From: an uncultured Nitrososphaerota archaeon
GTDB lineage: Archaea > Asgardarchaeota > Njordarchaeia > Njordarchaeales > Njordarchaeaceae
Direction of reading: 5' to 3'
NCBI GenBank assembly: GCA_964518475.1
Contig: CAZFGR010000007.1
Location: 1-64,000, forward strand
Length of the DNA: 64,000 nt
This document shows, piece after piece, positions 48,401 through 58,987 of the stretch (its first letter is position 1; every line of letters starts with the position of its first letter). Both the position numbers and the translations under genes were made by a program. The notes below the pieces were generated by a model. The model had not been told where the DNA came from and did no database searches. It saw only the letters and a program-made list of their open reading frames with translations.

Positions 48401-49126
48401 ATGGCTACACCCTATGTTGATGCGCATGCCCATATATACGGCTTTTCATTAGAAGTCATAGCGAATTTTGTAAATAACTACAATCTCGTGATAATCGGTG
48501 TAGCGGAAGACTTAGAATCCTCACTGAGGATACTCGAAATAAGCAATAAGATTCCTAAAGTAATCCCAGCTATTGGTATACATCCATGGAACATACAAAA
48601 AGCGGATGAGAAATCTCTCGAGAAAGTACTTGAGCTCGCTCACATTGTAAAAATATTGGGTGAGATCGGTTTAGATAAAAGGTTTGCTAAGGAAAGCATA
48701 GAAAAACAGAGAAAATTTCTAGAAAAATTCTTGGTATTCGCTTCCGAGAATAACCTGAGGGTTAATTTGCATACTCTAGATGCATGGAATGAAATATTGG
48801 ATTTGCTCATAAAATACCAGATAGAGAAAGCTATTTTTCACTGGTACTCGGGCCCATTACCTCTATTGAAGGAGTTGGAGGCTCAGGGATATTTTATAAC
48901 GATAAATCCTGCGGTGAAATTTCAAAGAAAGCACAGAATGGTATTAGAAAAGGCTCCGATAGAAATTATTCTTACGGAATCTGATGGACCTTATAACTAT
49001 AGGGGTGTTTCTTTAACTCCAGAACTAATTCCGGAAGTAGTTAAAGAAATAGCTGATGTCAAGGAAATAAGTGAGCAGGAAGCGAAGGAGATAATATATA
49101 AGAATTTTCAGAAATTCCTTAGCTGA
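48401..49126 (+). CDS. tatD: TatD family nuclease
   Basis: DAHAH, GIHPW, GEIGLD, FHWYSG, TESDGPY. Confidence 0.92.
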   Translation: MATPYVDAHAHIYGFSLEVIANFVNNYNLVIIGVAEDLESSLRILEISNKIPKVIPAIGIHPWNIQKADEKSLEKVLELAHIVKILGEIGLDKRFAKESIEKQRKFLEKFLVFASENNLRVNLHTLDAWNEILDLLIKYQIEKAIFHWYSGPLPLLKELEAQGYFITINPAVKFQRKHRMVLEKAPIEIILTESDGPYNYRGVSLTPELIPEVVKEIADVKEISEQEAKEIIYKNFQKFLS

Positions 49127-49141
49127 GGAGAACAAAATAAA

Positions 49142-49825
49142 CTATTCTGTGCAGAATGCTCGATCTCCTGCATCTCCTAGGCCTGGAACAATATATCCGT
49201 TCCCGTTTAATTTGTTGTCTATGGCCACAACGTATAAGTTTATATCGGGATGCTCCTTTAATAGTCTCTCAACACCGTATTTAGCGGCTACGATAGAAAC
49301 TACAATTATCTTCTTTGGTCTCCATTTTCTCTTTACGCGGGATAAAATTCGAATCATGGTAGAGGCTGTAGCTAACATCGGATCAACGATAATGACTACT
49401 TTATCATTCATATCTGGGGTGCGTTCATAGGGAATAGCTACATCAAAATCATTATCATTAACTCTATGATCCTCGATTCTTTTAGCCGCAATAATCCCTA
49501 ATTGAGCCTTCTTAAATACTCTTAGAACCCCATTAACCAATGGTAGTGCTGCCCTTAACACTCCTATAACAACAATGGGATCTTTTAGCCTCAAACCCTT
49601 TGCTACTCCCAGAGGAGTCTCTACTAATACTTCCTCATATGTTAAGTCACGAGCAATTTCGTAGGCTATGAAGATTCCTATCTCTTCTAAATGCTGTCTA
49701 AACGCGAAACACTGCGTTGTTTTGGCTCTGAGCTTTGTTAGTATCTCTTGAATATAAGGATGATCGAGGTGCTTTATAGTAACTTTCTTTGCTTGCATTC
49801 TCATCACTATAATTTTTTTATACAC
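49142..49825 (-). CDS. upp: Uracil phosphoribosyltransferase
   Basis: VETPLG, VLRAA, VDPMLATAST, YIVPGLGDAGDR. Confidence 0.95.
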   Translation of the reverse strand: MYKKIIVMRMQAKKVTIKHLDHPYIQEILTKLRAKTTQCFAFRQHLEEIGIFIAYEIARDLTYEEVLVETPLGVAKGLRLKDPIVVIGVLRAALPLVNGVLRVFKKAQLGIIAAKRIEDHRVNDNDFDVAIPYERTPDMNDKVVIIVDPMLATASTMIRILSRVKRKWRPKKIIVVSIVAAKYGVERLLKEHPDINLYVVAIDNKLNGNGYIVPGLGDAGDRAFCTE

Positions 49826-50029
49826 GCGAAAGAGAATAGGTGAAGGAAAAATTCTCTTAGCGAATAATACTTTTTAAACTTTACAATTTCCTTTTCAACA
49901 GAGACTCTTATAGAATCCTAATTTTGGCTCTTCGTGAAGTAAGTAGCTGGGAACAGCTAATATTTTTTAATAACTCATATGCATTTGCCATCTGTATGTT
50001 CAAACAACTAAGACTTAGGGGGTTCGTAG

Positions 50030-51214
50030 GTGTACGAGATACGCATTATTGGGGCTTTTGTATTGTCCTTATTAGTAATTCTACTGTTATCGAAGAAGGA
50101 AATAGGCGTAGCAATATTTACTGGTGCGGTTTTACTAGGCTTAATAACGATACCTATTAAACAATTGCTGAGTCTCACGTTGAATACTTTTTTAAACCTC
50201 AATAACTTGATCCTGGCTTTCGCGATAGGTTTAATCCCCATAATTGGTGGCTTGTTAAGTGAAACGGGGTTGCTCGATAAAATGGTTAGAAATTTTCCGC
50301 TTGGAAAAAGAGCATTCTTGATGTTCTCGCCAGCTTTTCTAGGTCTTCTAACAATACCAGGAGGAGCACTTTTTTCTGCCCCACTAGTTAACAATGGTGG
50401 ACAGGGGCTTAGTAATACTAGGAAGGCTAGCATTAATGTTTGGTTCAGACATGTGCTTCATATCGTTTATCCATTAGCCCCTACTCTCATAATAGCATGT
50501 GAATTAGCTGGTTACAGCGTCTACTACTTGATACCCTATTTGGTTCCCTACTTCGTATTGTCCATGGCTATTGGTTTTCTATATCTACTCAGAAAGGCAA
50601 GTAATGAGGATATTATGCGTTACGAGCATAATTTAAGGGACTTTCTGATACCTGTCTTTATCATTCTTCTTGCTCCAATAATCGATTTTCTGCTAAGAGC
50701 AGTTGCTGGTCTAAAATCCCTAGCAACTCTCATAGGAGTTACAGTAGCACTTCTAGTCATGGTAATATATGCTAGAATAGATCTCAAAACATTATCGAAA
50801 GTATCTAAGAAAATGAAGCCTTGGAGTTTCGCTTTTCTAATTCTAGCGGTGTTGGAGTATCAAGCAGTATTCATGAATTCTGGAGTATCTCCATTGATTA
50901 GTAAAGCTAATCTGGATCCCATAGTCATAATATTCATTGGTTTTATTCTAGGCTTTCTTACTGGGAGAACATCGACTCCTATAGTAATACTTATTCCGAT
51001 TTTTAAAGGTGCTTATGGAATTATATCTCCTCTTTACCTATCTCTAATGTACTACTTTATACTCTTAGGGTATATTATTTCTCCAGTACATCCCTGCTTA
51101 ATTGTAACTGCACAGTATTTTAGAATTAGTGTTGGTGAAGTAATTAAAGATCTTTACAAGGCCTCTCTTATGGCCCTTATTGGTGGTTTTTTGATATCTC
51201 TTCCTCTTCTATAA
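50030..51214 (+). CDS. DUF401 family membrane transporter
   Basis: GLLTIPGGALFSAP, NVWFRH, SPVHPCL; many TM helices. Confidence 0.85.
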   Translation: MYEIRIIGAFVLSLLVILLLSKKEIGVAIFTGAVLLGLITIPIKQLLSLTLNTFLNLNNLILAFAIGLIPIIGGLLSETGLLDKMVRNFPLGKRAFLMFSPAFLGLLTIPGGALFSAPLVNNGGQGLSNTRKASINVWFRHVLHIVYPLAPTLIIACELAGYSVYYLIPYLVPYFVLSMAIGFLYLLRKASNEDIMRYEHNLRDFLIPVFIILLAPIIDFLLRAVAGLKSLATLIGVTVALLVMVIYARIDLKTLSKVSKKMKPWSFAFLILAVLEYQAVFMNSGVSPLISKANLDPIVIIFIGFILGFLTGRTSTPIVILIPIFKGAYGIISPLYLSLMYYFILLGYIISPVHPCLIVTAQYFRISVGEVIKDLYKASLMALIGGFLISLPLL

Positions 51215-51623
51215 GTTCAGCAGCAACGAACCTTACTAATTCTACACCAATAATATTCTCAATTCTTTCTATTAGGTTTAGAATACTCGATGTTCTGCCC
51301 TCAACAAGAATTACTTCTAAACACTTTTCATGACTCAAGTGTACATGCATTGTGGCCCTTATTTCGCCTAGGAAATGGTGTTGCGCGTCTATCAGTCTCC
51401 TAACAGTATCTCCTCTCTTCTCGTTATAAGTGACTATTAAAGCACCAATTACCCGTCTATCTGGTTGCAATAAGATACGTCTCTCACTAATATATTGTTT
51501 CAAAGCTTCCGAAATCACTTTAGAACGGCTTCTTATTCCAGTTAATCGGATAAACTCATCAACGTCTCGCAATAAATTTTCAGGGATGGTTACTCCTGTT
51601 CTCTTGCGTTTCAAGAGGAGCAC
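51177..51623 (-). CDS. nikR: NikR family nickel-responsive regulator
   Basis: RHH N-terminus (RSKVISEAL), QH, TMHVHLSHEKCLEV. Confidence 0.85.
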   Translation of the reverse strand: MLLLKRKRTGVTIPENLLRDVDEFIRLTGIRSRSKVISEALKQYISERRILLQPDRRVIGALIVTYNEKRGDTVRRLIDAQHHFLGEIRATMHVHLSHEKCLEVILVEGRTSSILNLIERIENIIGVELVRFVAAELIEEEEISKNHQ

Positions 51624-51823
51624 CTCATCACCATAACGAAGAGTGACTCTGTTAAAGAGGCTCTGTAGGTTAGTGGAAAGTATTTACGTAAAAGAGTTTT
51701 AAAAGGCAAGGTATTGTCGGAATTGTTTGAATGAAGCTTAATTTTTATTCGATAGTCGGTTGGAGGAATAATGATTATAATTTAAGAGAGACGAAAACTA
51801 ATCTATAAAGACCTAGGTGTTTT

Positions 51824-52759
51824 ATGATGTCATTTTATATGCGAGATGTAGTCTCGATTATTGATTTTTCTCGTGATGATTTAGAGAAATTGTTTAGAAT
51901 GACCGATAAAATGATGCCATATAAGAGGGGGGGTATTGAGGTTCTTAAAGGAAAAATCATGGCTTCGCTTTTTCTGGAGCCTAGTACTAGAACAAGACTA
52001 AGTTTTGAGAGTGCTATGAAACGATTGGGAGGCGATGTAATCACCGTATCAGGGGCCGAAGGTACTTCTCTTATGAAGGGAGAAAGTTTTATTGATACGA
52101 TTAGAATGCTGGACAATTATGCCGATATCATAGTTGTGAGGCATAAATACGAGGGTGCCGCGAGACTAGCTGCAGATATCGCAGAGGTTCCTATAATTAA
52201 TGCTGGTGATGGAAGAAGGCAACACCCAACACAAACAATGATCGATCTATATACAGTCTATAAACTAAAGGGAAGAATCGATGACCTGACCTATGGCCTA
52301 GTGGGAGATCTCAAGTATGCTCGGACAGCGGCCTCCTTTATTATGGGTCTCTCTATTTTCCGACCCAAAAAGGTTTACTTAATTTCGCACGAACTTTTAC
52401 GGGCGAGAGAAGAAATCCTAGATTTCCTGAAAAGAAGCGGCATAAAGTATGAGGAGGTTACGAATCTCCGTGAAGTAATTAGTGAACTGGATATATTATA
52501 TGTCACACGCATTCAGAAGGAGCGGTTCCCAGATCCTCTAGAGTATGAAAAAGTTAAAGGGAGTTATAAAATAACACTAGATATCCTAAAAGATGCTAAG
52601 GATGATCTCAAGATTCTTCATCCTCTTCCTAAGGTTGACGAGATCGATCCAAAAGTTGATGAAACAAAATATGCTGCTTATTTTATACAAGCATCGTATG
52701 GAGTACCCCTCAGAATGGCCCTACTAGCCCTTATTTTTGGTGCGGAGGTAGAGAAGTGA
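51824..52759 (+). CDS. pyrB: Aspartate carbamoyltransferase catalytic subunit
   Basis: [42 protein letters not shown]. Confidence 0.97.
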   Translation: MMSFYMRDVVSIIDFSRDDLEKLFRMTDKMMPYKRGGIEVLKGKIMASLFLEPSTRTRLSFESAMKRLGGDVITVSGAEGTSLMKGESFIDTIRMLDNYADIIVVRHKYEGAARLAADIAEVPIINAGDGRRQHPTQTMIDLYTVYKLKGRIDDLTYGLVGDLKYARTAASFIMGLSIFRPKKVYLISHELLRAREEILDFLKRSGIKYEEVTNLREVISELDILYVTRIQKERFPDPLEYEKVKGSYKITLDILKDAKDDLKILHPLPKVDEIDPKVDETKYAAYFIQASYGVPLRMALLALIFGAEVEK

Positions 52760-54165
52760 GCCAAGGAGTAAGGATCGTACTATACGGAGGCGTTAACGAA
52801 ATAGGTGGTAACAAATTCTTGATAATCGATGAAAAGAATGATACAAAGATCTTTATGGATTTTGGGAAAAGTTTTTCCCTTGCTAGGAAATATTATGAAT
52901 TTCCCTTAATTTATCCGGAATCAATTAATGAACTGGTTTCTTTAGGGGCCGTTCCAGACATACCGTACTTATTCACAAATTTTTATGATGCTTGGAAAGA
53001 GAAATCAAAGTTATCAATAGAGATAGAGCCTTCTCCTCCAGTAGATGCTGTTTTTATCTCCCATGCCCACATGGATCATTACGGGCACATATCTCTCCTA
53101 AATAGAAAAATTCCGATCTACATGGGTGCCTGTGCTAAACGTATAATAGAAACTTATTCGAACTTCATTTACACAATTCGAGGACCAGAACTTTTCTACA
53201 GGGGATTAAATATCCAAGACTTCAGGACTGGAAAAGTAATAAATGTTAAGAATTCTTTCTCCGTGAAGCCTATCCATATAGATCACAGTGTCCCCAGTGC
53301 CTATGGATTCCTAATCTATACAAGTGTAGGGGTCATAGCTTACACAGGAGATTTTAGGTGGCATGGTTCTCAATCTTACTTAACGGACGACTTTGTTAGG
53401 GCAGCGAAAAAAGAGGATATTCGTGCCTTATTGGTTGAGGGAACACACATTCATTATTCAGAACCAGTTACGGAGGAGGATGTTAAAAAGAAAATAACCG
53501 AAGTCGTGAATAAGACGCCGGGATTAGTCATAGCTGATTTTAGTAGAGTGGATTATGATCGTTTCGCGACTTTCTACGAAGTGGCTAAAAAGACTGGGAG
53601 AACTTTGGTCGTTGATCCTCGACGTTTCGCTCTTATGCGTGCAATATCTCAAGATCCTGGAATACGAATGAGAATTGATCTCAGTGACGAGTCCATAGTG
53701 GTTTTGGATCGAGGAAAGAGGAGAGTATCGGCTGGTGAGAAAGAAGTATTATCATCACTTCCAGACGATAGAAAAGTGCGTTTAGGAGATATTAGGAAAC
53801 ACCCGGAAGAATTTATCTACACTGTTTTTGTTGGTGGTTTAAAGGATATAAAGGATCTTAAGCCTCATGGAGGGAGTATCTATATATTAAGCTCGAGTGA
53901 ACCAGTAGATGAGGAAAGAGAAATTAGTTTTGAGAAGCTAATGAATTGGCTTGAGGAATTCGGTGTAGCAATGTATCATATCCATAGTTCTGGGCACGCT
54001 AACGCTCTAGATATTAAGAAATTGATAGAAGAAATAGATCCTGAAGTCGTCATCCCAATACATTGTGAGAGACCAAAACTTCTTAAAAAATTTGTAAATG
54101 ATAAGAGGAGATGGGTTATACCTGCTGGAAAAGGAAGTGAAATAAAGATTCTTCCTGCATCATGA
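52756..54165 (+). CDS. Metallo-beta-lactamase/beta-CASP ribonuclease (RNase J-like)
   Basis: [38 protein letters not shown]. Confidence 0.88.
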   Translation: MSQGVRIVLYGGVNEIGGNKFLIIDEKNDTKIFMDFGKSFSLARKYYEFPLIYPESINELVSLGAVPDIPYLFTNFYDAWKEKSKLSIEIEPSPPVDAVFISHAHMDHYGHISLLNRKIPIYMGACAKRIIETYSNFIYTIRGPELFYRGLNIQDFRTGKVINVKNSFSVKPIHIDHSVPSAYGFLIYTSVGVIAYTGDFRWHGSQSYLTDDFVRAAKKEDIRALLVEGTHIHYSEPVTEEDVKKKITEVVNKTPGLVIADFSRVDYDRFATFYEVAKKTGRTLVVDPRRFALMRAISQDPGIRMRIDLSDESIVVLDRGKRRVSAGEKEVLSSLPDDRKVRLGDIRKHPEEFIYTVFVGGLKDIKDLKPHGGSIYILSSSEPVDEEREISFEKLMNWLEEFGVAMYHIHSSGHANALDIKKLIEEIDPEVVIPIHCERPKLLKKFVNDKRRWVIPAGKGSEIKILPAS

Positions 54166-54693
54166 ATAAATCTGAGAGATTTCATTCTTGATGCGCTTAA
54201 ACTCTTCATAAAGATCAGGTGTAAAAGCTACAAGGATTATCTTCTCAATAGATGTACTCTTTTTTTCTTCCAGAAACTTTAATATTCCCTCCTTTAACGC
54301 ATCAGCACCCTCCTTTGCGCTCAGACCCCCAACGCCAGTCCCCATTCCGGGGAAAGCAATAGATCTTAATCCTGCCTCGTCAGCTTTTCTTAGCGCAGCT
54401 ATAACGGCTTTCACAACTTTTTCATAAGTTGTTTTCATAGCTGGCCGCTCCATAGTCGGGGAATGTATAACGTACCCACTTTTCAATTTTCCAGCTTTCG
54501 TAATAATGGCTTCGCCAATGGGTACTGGTGCCATAGACCTTGCCTCTTCCTCGATCTCGGCTCCTCCTTTTCTTTTAATAGCTCCCGCTACTCCACCACC
54601 CATTATCATTAAGGAATTGGCTGGATTAACTATAGCGTCGCAATCAACCTCTGTAATATCACCCCTCAGTACCTCTATAGTTATCGATTTCAT
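54160..54693 (-). CDS. Macro domain (ADP-ribose-binding/hydrolase) protein
   Basis: GDIT, AIVNPANS..MGGGVAGAI, AFPGMGTGVGG. Confidence 0.94.
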   Translation of the reverse strand: MKSITIEVLRGDITEVDCDAIVNPANSLMIMGGGVAGAIKRKGGAEIEEEARSMAPVPIGEAIITKAGKLKSGYVIHSPTMERPAMKTTYEKVVKAVIAALRKADEAGLRSIAFPGMGTGVGGLSAKEGADALKEGILKFLEEKKSTSIEKIILVAFTPDLYEEFKRIKNEISQIYS

Positions 54694-54764
54694 AGAGGCG
54701 GCCCCCGATATATTGACAATTTCTACTATTCTTCAAAACCAAAATTTAAAATTGGCTAAGACCT

Positions 54765-55328
54765 ATGTTCCTTATTTTGCTATTGATAAAGGTGTCTAGA
54801 ATTCAGACTTTTACAGATATCTCCTTTTATATTATTTTGTTCGGCGTATTGCTGGTATGGTTTTTCATGAAGTTCTACAAAGTGAGGGTTCAGAGAAAGT
54901 TGTGGAATGAATTTATATCTAATAAAGACAAGTATGAGATAATTTTAGCCGAGGCAATAAACGATACGAAGCTCTTGACTGAGGAGTTCATTGATACTGA
55001 AGACGGGAAGAGATTAATAAAAGCATTGAATAAATTGCCTATGGTGGAAGCTGTAAGATCAACCATAGTGTTTCTAGGAAGATTCATTATGGCGGCAGAG
55101 AGGAATCCTGAAGTACTTGAGGAAAGGGATAGGATACGGGAAAGCATTGTTATCCCGCTAATGAAGCAGTTTATCTTTATCTTCGCCGTAATAGATAAAG
55201 ACGTAAGAGAAATTGTAGAAGAACGCGTTAAAAAGGCTGACGAAGAAGGTATTCAATTGGAAAACATAGTGTCTCCGTTGCTTAAAGAGATTATGGAAAA
55301 ACTATCAGCGATGGAGATTTCGAACTAA
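54765..55328 (+). CDS. Hypothetical protein with N-terminal membrane anchor
   Basis: TM ISFYIILFGVLLVWFF followed by a helical domain; start uncertain. Confidence 0.6.
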   Translation: MFLILLLIKVSRIQTFTDISFYIILFGVLLVWFFMKFYKVRVQRKLWNEFISNKDKYEIILAEAINDTKLLTEEFIDTEDGKRLIKALNKLPMVEAVRSTIVFLGRFIMAAERNPEVLEERDRIRESIVIPLMKQFIFIFAVIDKDVREIVEERVKKADEEGIQLENIVSPLLKEIMEKLSAMEISN

Positions 55329-55469
55329 AAACCCGTAAATAATGAGTCAGTTTCCTAGAGGATTCTAAAGTAATAGGCTTAATATACTGAAAAATACATT
55401 CAAAAAATTTAAAAAATTTCAAAGCCTACATTTTATTACTCACAACTCAAGAATTATTTCTGGGTCTTT

Positions 55470-56177
55470 ATGCGGAATTATGACTTAATATTCTATTTCG
55501 ACAGAGCCGATCGCATTTTACGTTTCATAAAAAGGTTGTCTAAAAGTATTGGTTATAAGATTTTATGTGCCGCTAGTAGAGTATCTCCCCGTCATTGTCC
55601 TAGAAAGGAGCCATTCTTCAAAACAGCAACCATATTTTATTTCTTTTACACATTACCGGAAAGAGTACCCCTAAATTATGTCATAATGGGAACAGCCTTT
55701 GCTGTAATGAATACTCTTTATCTTTATGGGATTCATTCTAGGTATCTCTGGCCTTGGCACTTGCTAGTTAATGATAAGAAGATTTCTCGAATTGATGTAC
55801 CAGCTTTTTCTGAGAGATCAATTACAGCAAGGATTTTCATAAACTTAAATAACTCCTTTAAAAGTACCCCTTATAGTAGCAGAGTAACGAGTATGAGAGA
55901 CATTTTGGAACGTAGTGTAAGTGAGTCAGAATTCGGAATTAGATTACTAGGAAACTTAGAGAAGCTGTATGAGTTCTATCTCAAAGAACCCCAAATATTA
56001 ATAGATTTCTTTAGCAGATACTCCGACTTAATTAAGAGAAGAATCATCGTAGAAACAGCTTCTGGTATTCTCAACGGAACCTGTGAGGGTCTTGATAAAG
56101 AAGGCAGATTAGCACTAAGTACCGATCGGGGAGTAATATTCCTTAATTGCACTGATGTCATAAGGGTAGAAGTTTAA
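55470..56177 (+). CDS. Divergent biotin-protein ligase (BirA/BPL)-like protein
   Basis: LWPWHLLVNDKKI aligns to KWPND..KK; IFINLN; C-terminal GTCEGLDKEGRL SH3-like domain. Confidence 0.65.
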   Translation: MRNYDLIFYFDRADRILRFIKRLSKSIGYKILCAASRVSPRHCPRKEPFFKTATIFYFFYTLPERVPLNYVIMGTAFAVMNTLYLYGIHSRYLWPWHLLVNDKKISRIDVPAFSERSITARIFINLNNSFKSTPYSSRVTSMRDILERSVSESEFGIRLLGNLEKLYEFYLKEPQILIDFFSRYSDLIKRRIIVETASGILNGTCEGLDKEGRLALSTDRGVIFLNCTDVIRVEV

Positions 56178-56292
56178 TCGCTGAAAATTTTATGATTAAT
56201 AATCTGAGAAGCTGAAAGTGTTTAAGAAAACGGCACTAATAATAAATCCTTGCTTTATAGGTGAAAGTGTTAGTGAGTTAAGAGGTGGGGCA

Positions 56293-56937
56293 ATGGATAA
56301 AAAAGAGGCTTTAAACAAGATAGCAGAAGAGATTAGGAAGTGCAAAAAATGTGATTTGTGGAAAAATCGAAAAAACGCTGTACCGGGAGAAGGAAATCCT
56401 GATGCTGAAATAATGTTTGTGGGAGAGGCTCCAGGATTTAATGAGGATCTGCAAGGAAGGCCTTTCGTAGGTGTTGCTGGTAAGTTATTAACTAGTTTGA
56501 TTATGGATAAATTAGGACTTGAAAGAAGACAGGTATTTATCACCAATGTTGTTAAATGCAGACCCCCTAATAATCGCGATCCTAAACAAGAGGAGATAGA
56601 GGTTTGTTCTCCGTATCTCGATGAACAGGTTAGAATAATAAAGCCTAAAATTATAGTTACATTAGGCAGGCACAGCACTATATATTTTCTCAAAAAGCTA
56701 GGAATTAATGTGAGTGGGGTTTCGCAAGTGAGAGGAAAAGTGTTTAGAGGAAAACTAAATGATACTAAAGTAATAATAATTCCTACATATCATCCCGCAG
56801 CAGCTCTTTACAATCCTAGGCTTCGAGGAATACTTGAAAAGGATTTTGAACTGATAAAAACGATTTTAGAGGAGATTAAAAGAGATGAAAAATTGTTTGA
56901 AATCAAGCAGATACGATTAGATGAATTCTTCACATAA
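56293..56937 (+). CDS. udg: Family 4 uracil-DNA glycosylase with PIP box
   Basis: CKKC, GEAPG, PFVG, KCRPP, C, TYHPAA; C-terminal QIRLDEFF. Confidence 0.95.
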   Translation: MDKKEALNKIAEEIRKCKKCDLWKNRKNAVPGEGNPDAEIMFVGEAPGFNEDLQGRPFVGVAGKLLTSLIMDKLGLERRQVFITNVVKCRPPNNRDPKQEEIEVCSPYLDEQVRIIKPKIIVTLGRHSTIYFLKKLGINVSGVSQVRGKVFRGKLNDTKVIIIPTYHPAAALYNPRLRGILEKDFELIKTILEEIKRDEKLFEIKQIRLDEFFT

Positions 56938-57544
56938 TAACGAGGAGATATAATATCAATCCCATTGTACCTCCTAATAAGTATGGAATATTCAAAACTA
57001 GTGAGTTAAATAATGGAGCAGCCTTAGGTGAGAATGGTATATAAGCAAGATATGCTATAAGACTAGCATAGGCTATTGTGAGGAAAGCCCTATCTATTAA
57101 GCCTAGTTCTTCTTTCTGAATTATCTTCAGGAACGGTAATATGAAGAGTATTAAAGCCGCTGGTATGCTAATCAATGAGAGAGCTAAAAGAGGAGCTAAA
57201 TAGAGAGCCAGTTTTGTTCTATAGTAGTCTAGCCGTGCGCGATAGGTTAGGTATTCTAGACTATATGCTTTCAAATAGTCTCCAGTAAAGTACTTATAAT
57301 ATCCACGCTTTATCTTCATGGCTAAATTGCCTAAGAGTTCGCGGAGTTCTTTTCTTAATGTCATAGTCTGTGGCGTCTCCTCGGGTTTCCATATTGGGAG
57401 TAGGTAAATAGTGATTAACGTTAATGCTACGCCGATGATAGTTGATAAGCCGCCAATGGGTTTGCTAAAAAGTATTACATGTACTGATGTTGCGATAATC
57501 ACTAGCCATACTATGATCCCTAAAATATCCAGAAGTTTTTTCAA
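56930..57544 (-). CDS. Hypothetical membrane protein
   Basis: About 5 TM segments. Confidence 0.65.
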   Translation of the reverse strand: MKKLLDILGIIVWLVIIATSVHVILFSKPIGGLSTIIGVALTLITIYLLPIWKPEETPQTMTLRKELRELLGNLAMKIKRGYYKYFTGDYLKAYSLEYLTYRARLDYYRTKLALYLAPLLALSLISIPAALILFILPFLKIIQKEELGLIDRAFLTIAYASLIAYLAYIPFSPKAAPLFNSLVLNIPYLLGGTMGLILYLLVIM

Positions 57545-57563
57545 AAGAGCGGATTCTCTCTTT

Positions 57564-57773
57564 TTACGCTTGAAAAAACGGGGAGAGATATTTTAGTAGG
57601 TACGTGCAAAAAGTAGCGTAGGATATGACAAAGCCGAATCCAGCTAAAAATCTAGTAATTACTATGACTAATCCGAGACTAAAGGATATCAATAGAACAG
57701 AAGGACCCAAGTAATAAGACACTATCAGAATTAAAAAGGCTATTGCTAGTACTGTCCAATACTGTCGCTCCAT
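57564..57773 (-). CDS. Small hydrophobic membrane protein
   Basis: Hydrophobic ORF co-oriented with the neighbouring membrane gene. Confidence 0.45.
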   Translation of the reverse strand: MERQYWTVLAIAFLILIVSYYLGPSVLLISFSLGLVIVITRFLAGFGFVISYATFCTYLLKYLSPFFQA

Positions 57774-57957
57774 AAAATTTTCCCTCGATCTAGCATTAAA
57801 AAGATAGGGCAATAGTGAATTAGTATGTGTTATCCCAGGTCTTTAGTTTTCAATTCAAGTTCTTCCCTAAAATATAGAAGATATTATGAATAATAGATAT
57901 CTGTACCATTTTTAGATGAATCGCTTGTCGCTCCTCTGGGTGTTTTATTCTTAACTG

Positions 57958-58005
57958 GTGATGAAACCTAGGGACGCTGATTCGATGAGGAAAGAAAAAA
58001 AATGA
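57958..58005 (+). ncRNA. Candidate box C/D sRNA with degenerate second half
   Basis: GTGATGA-AACCTAGGGACG-CTGA-tt-CGATGA-GGAAAGAAAAAAA-ATGA. Confidence 0.55.
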
Positions 58006-58092
58006 ATGATCTCTAATAGGTAAAATGAAAAACAAAATAATAATAAATTCTCTTCACTGTTATGGTATATTGTATCGATATACTAAGCACAC

Positions 58093-58162
58093 TCAGCTTT
58101 GATCGGGGGGTGGATTTAGACCCTTATGGGGATGATAGAGACCTCCGGGGCTGATCGGATGA
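58093..58162 (+). ncRNA. Candidate k-turn/box C/D-like guide RNA, arms antisense to initiator-type tRNA
   Basis: CGGGGGGTGGATT-TAGA-ccc ttat g-GGGATGA-TAGAGACCTCCGGGG-CTGA; terminal pairing TCAGCTTT/GGGGCTGA. Confidence 0.6.
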
Positions 58163-58222
58163 TGCCTTTCTTTTTCACTTTCTATGGTGCATTAAGAAAT
58201 GAATTGCGATAAGAATACGGTC

Positions 58223-58987
58223 ATGAATATTGCGGGCTGGAAAGATTATTCATTAGTAGATGTCTTAGGTTATCCTTCATTTACGGTCTGGTTCAGCTTT
58301 TGTAATTTTAAATGCCCATGGTGCCAAAACTGGCCTGTTGTTAGTGGAGTTGAAAATAAAGAGGTTAGCGTTGGAGAACTTATTGAAATCATTGAGGAAT
58401 CCGCAATTTTAGTTGATTTTCTTCACGTGACTGGCGGAGAGCCTACTTTGCAAAGTTCTGCATTAAAGGCTCTCTACGCATGTGTTAGGGAAAAGGATAT
58501 TCTTAAGAATTCATTAAATACGAATGGTTCTCACCCAGAAGTGATTAGAGAGCTAGCAACGAAGGGTTTACTGGATCATATCGCTATTGATGTAAAAGCC
58601 CCTCTTTATAATCCTAGCCTATATGCTAGAGTGATTGGCTTTGAAGTTGCTGGAGACGTTCCTGATAAAGTTAGAGAAAGTATAATAATTTCTCTTGAGA
58701 AAATAGATTTTGTAGAGCTGAGAACTACCTTTGTTCCTTCCCTATTAAGTATTGACGATTTGGTGCAGATTGCTCAAGAATTAAAGGATTTGGGTTGTGG
58801 TGATTATTGCTATTATGTGATACAGCAGTTTAATCCTAGCGATACTATACGTGATGCTACATATAGACAAGCTAAGAGAGTATTAGAGAGAGACCTCATA
58901 ACCATTGCCAAGAAGGTTAAAAAACAAAGTACATTGAAGAATGTTTATATCCGGACACTGGAGGGTGGGACTAAGGTTATTGAGTAA
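58223..58987 (+). CDS. nrdG: Anaerobic ribonucleotide reductase activating radical SAM enzyme
   Basis: SLVD, CNFKCPWCQN, TGGEPTLQ, TNGS, AIDVKAP, ELRTT, IQQF. Confidence 0.85.
   Translation: MNIAGWKDYSLVDVLGYPSFTVWFSFCNFKCPWCQNWPVVSGVENKEVSVGELIEIIEESAILVDFLHVTGGEPTLQSSALKALYACVREKDILKNSLNTNGSHPEVIRELATKGLLDHIAIDVKAPLYNPSLYARVIGFEVAGDVPDKVRESIIISLEKIDFVELRTTFVPSLLSIDDLVQIAQELKDLGCGDYCYYVIQQFNPSDTIRDATYRQAKRVLERDLITIAKKVKKQSTLKNVYIRTLEGGTKVIE

Noticed and set aside
58093-58170. tRNA gene or half on the minus strand (CCCGGAGGTC...AAATCCACCCCCCG)
   Set aside because: The T-arm 5' strand, D-arm and anticodon are missing and the insert forms a k-turn on the plus strand; better read as antisense guides.
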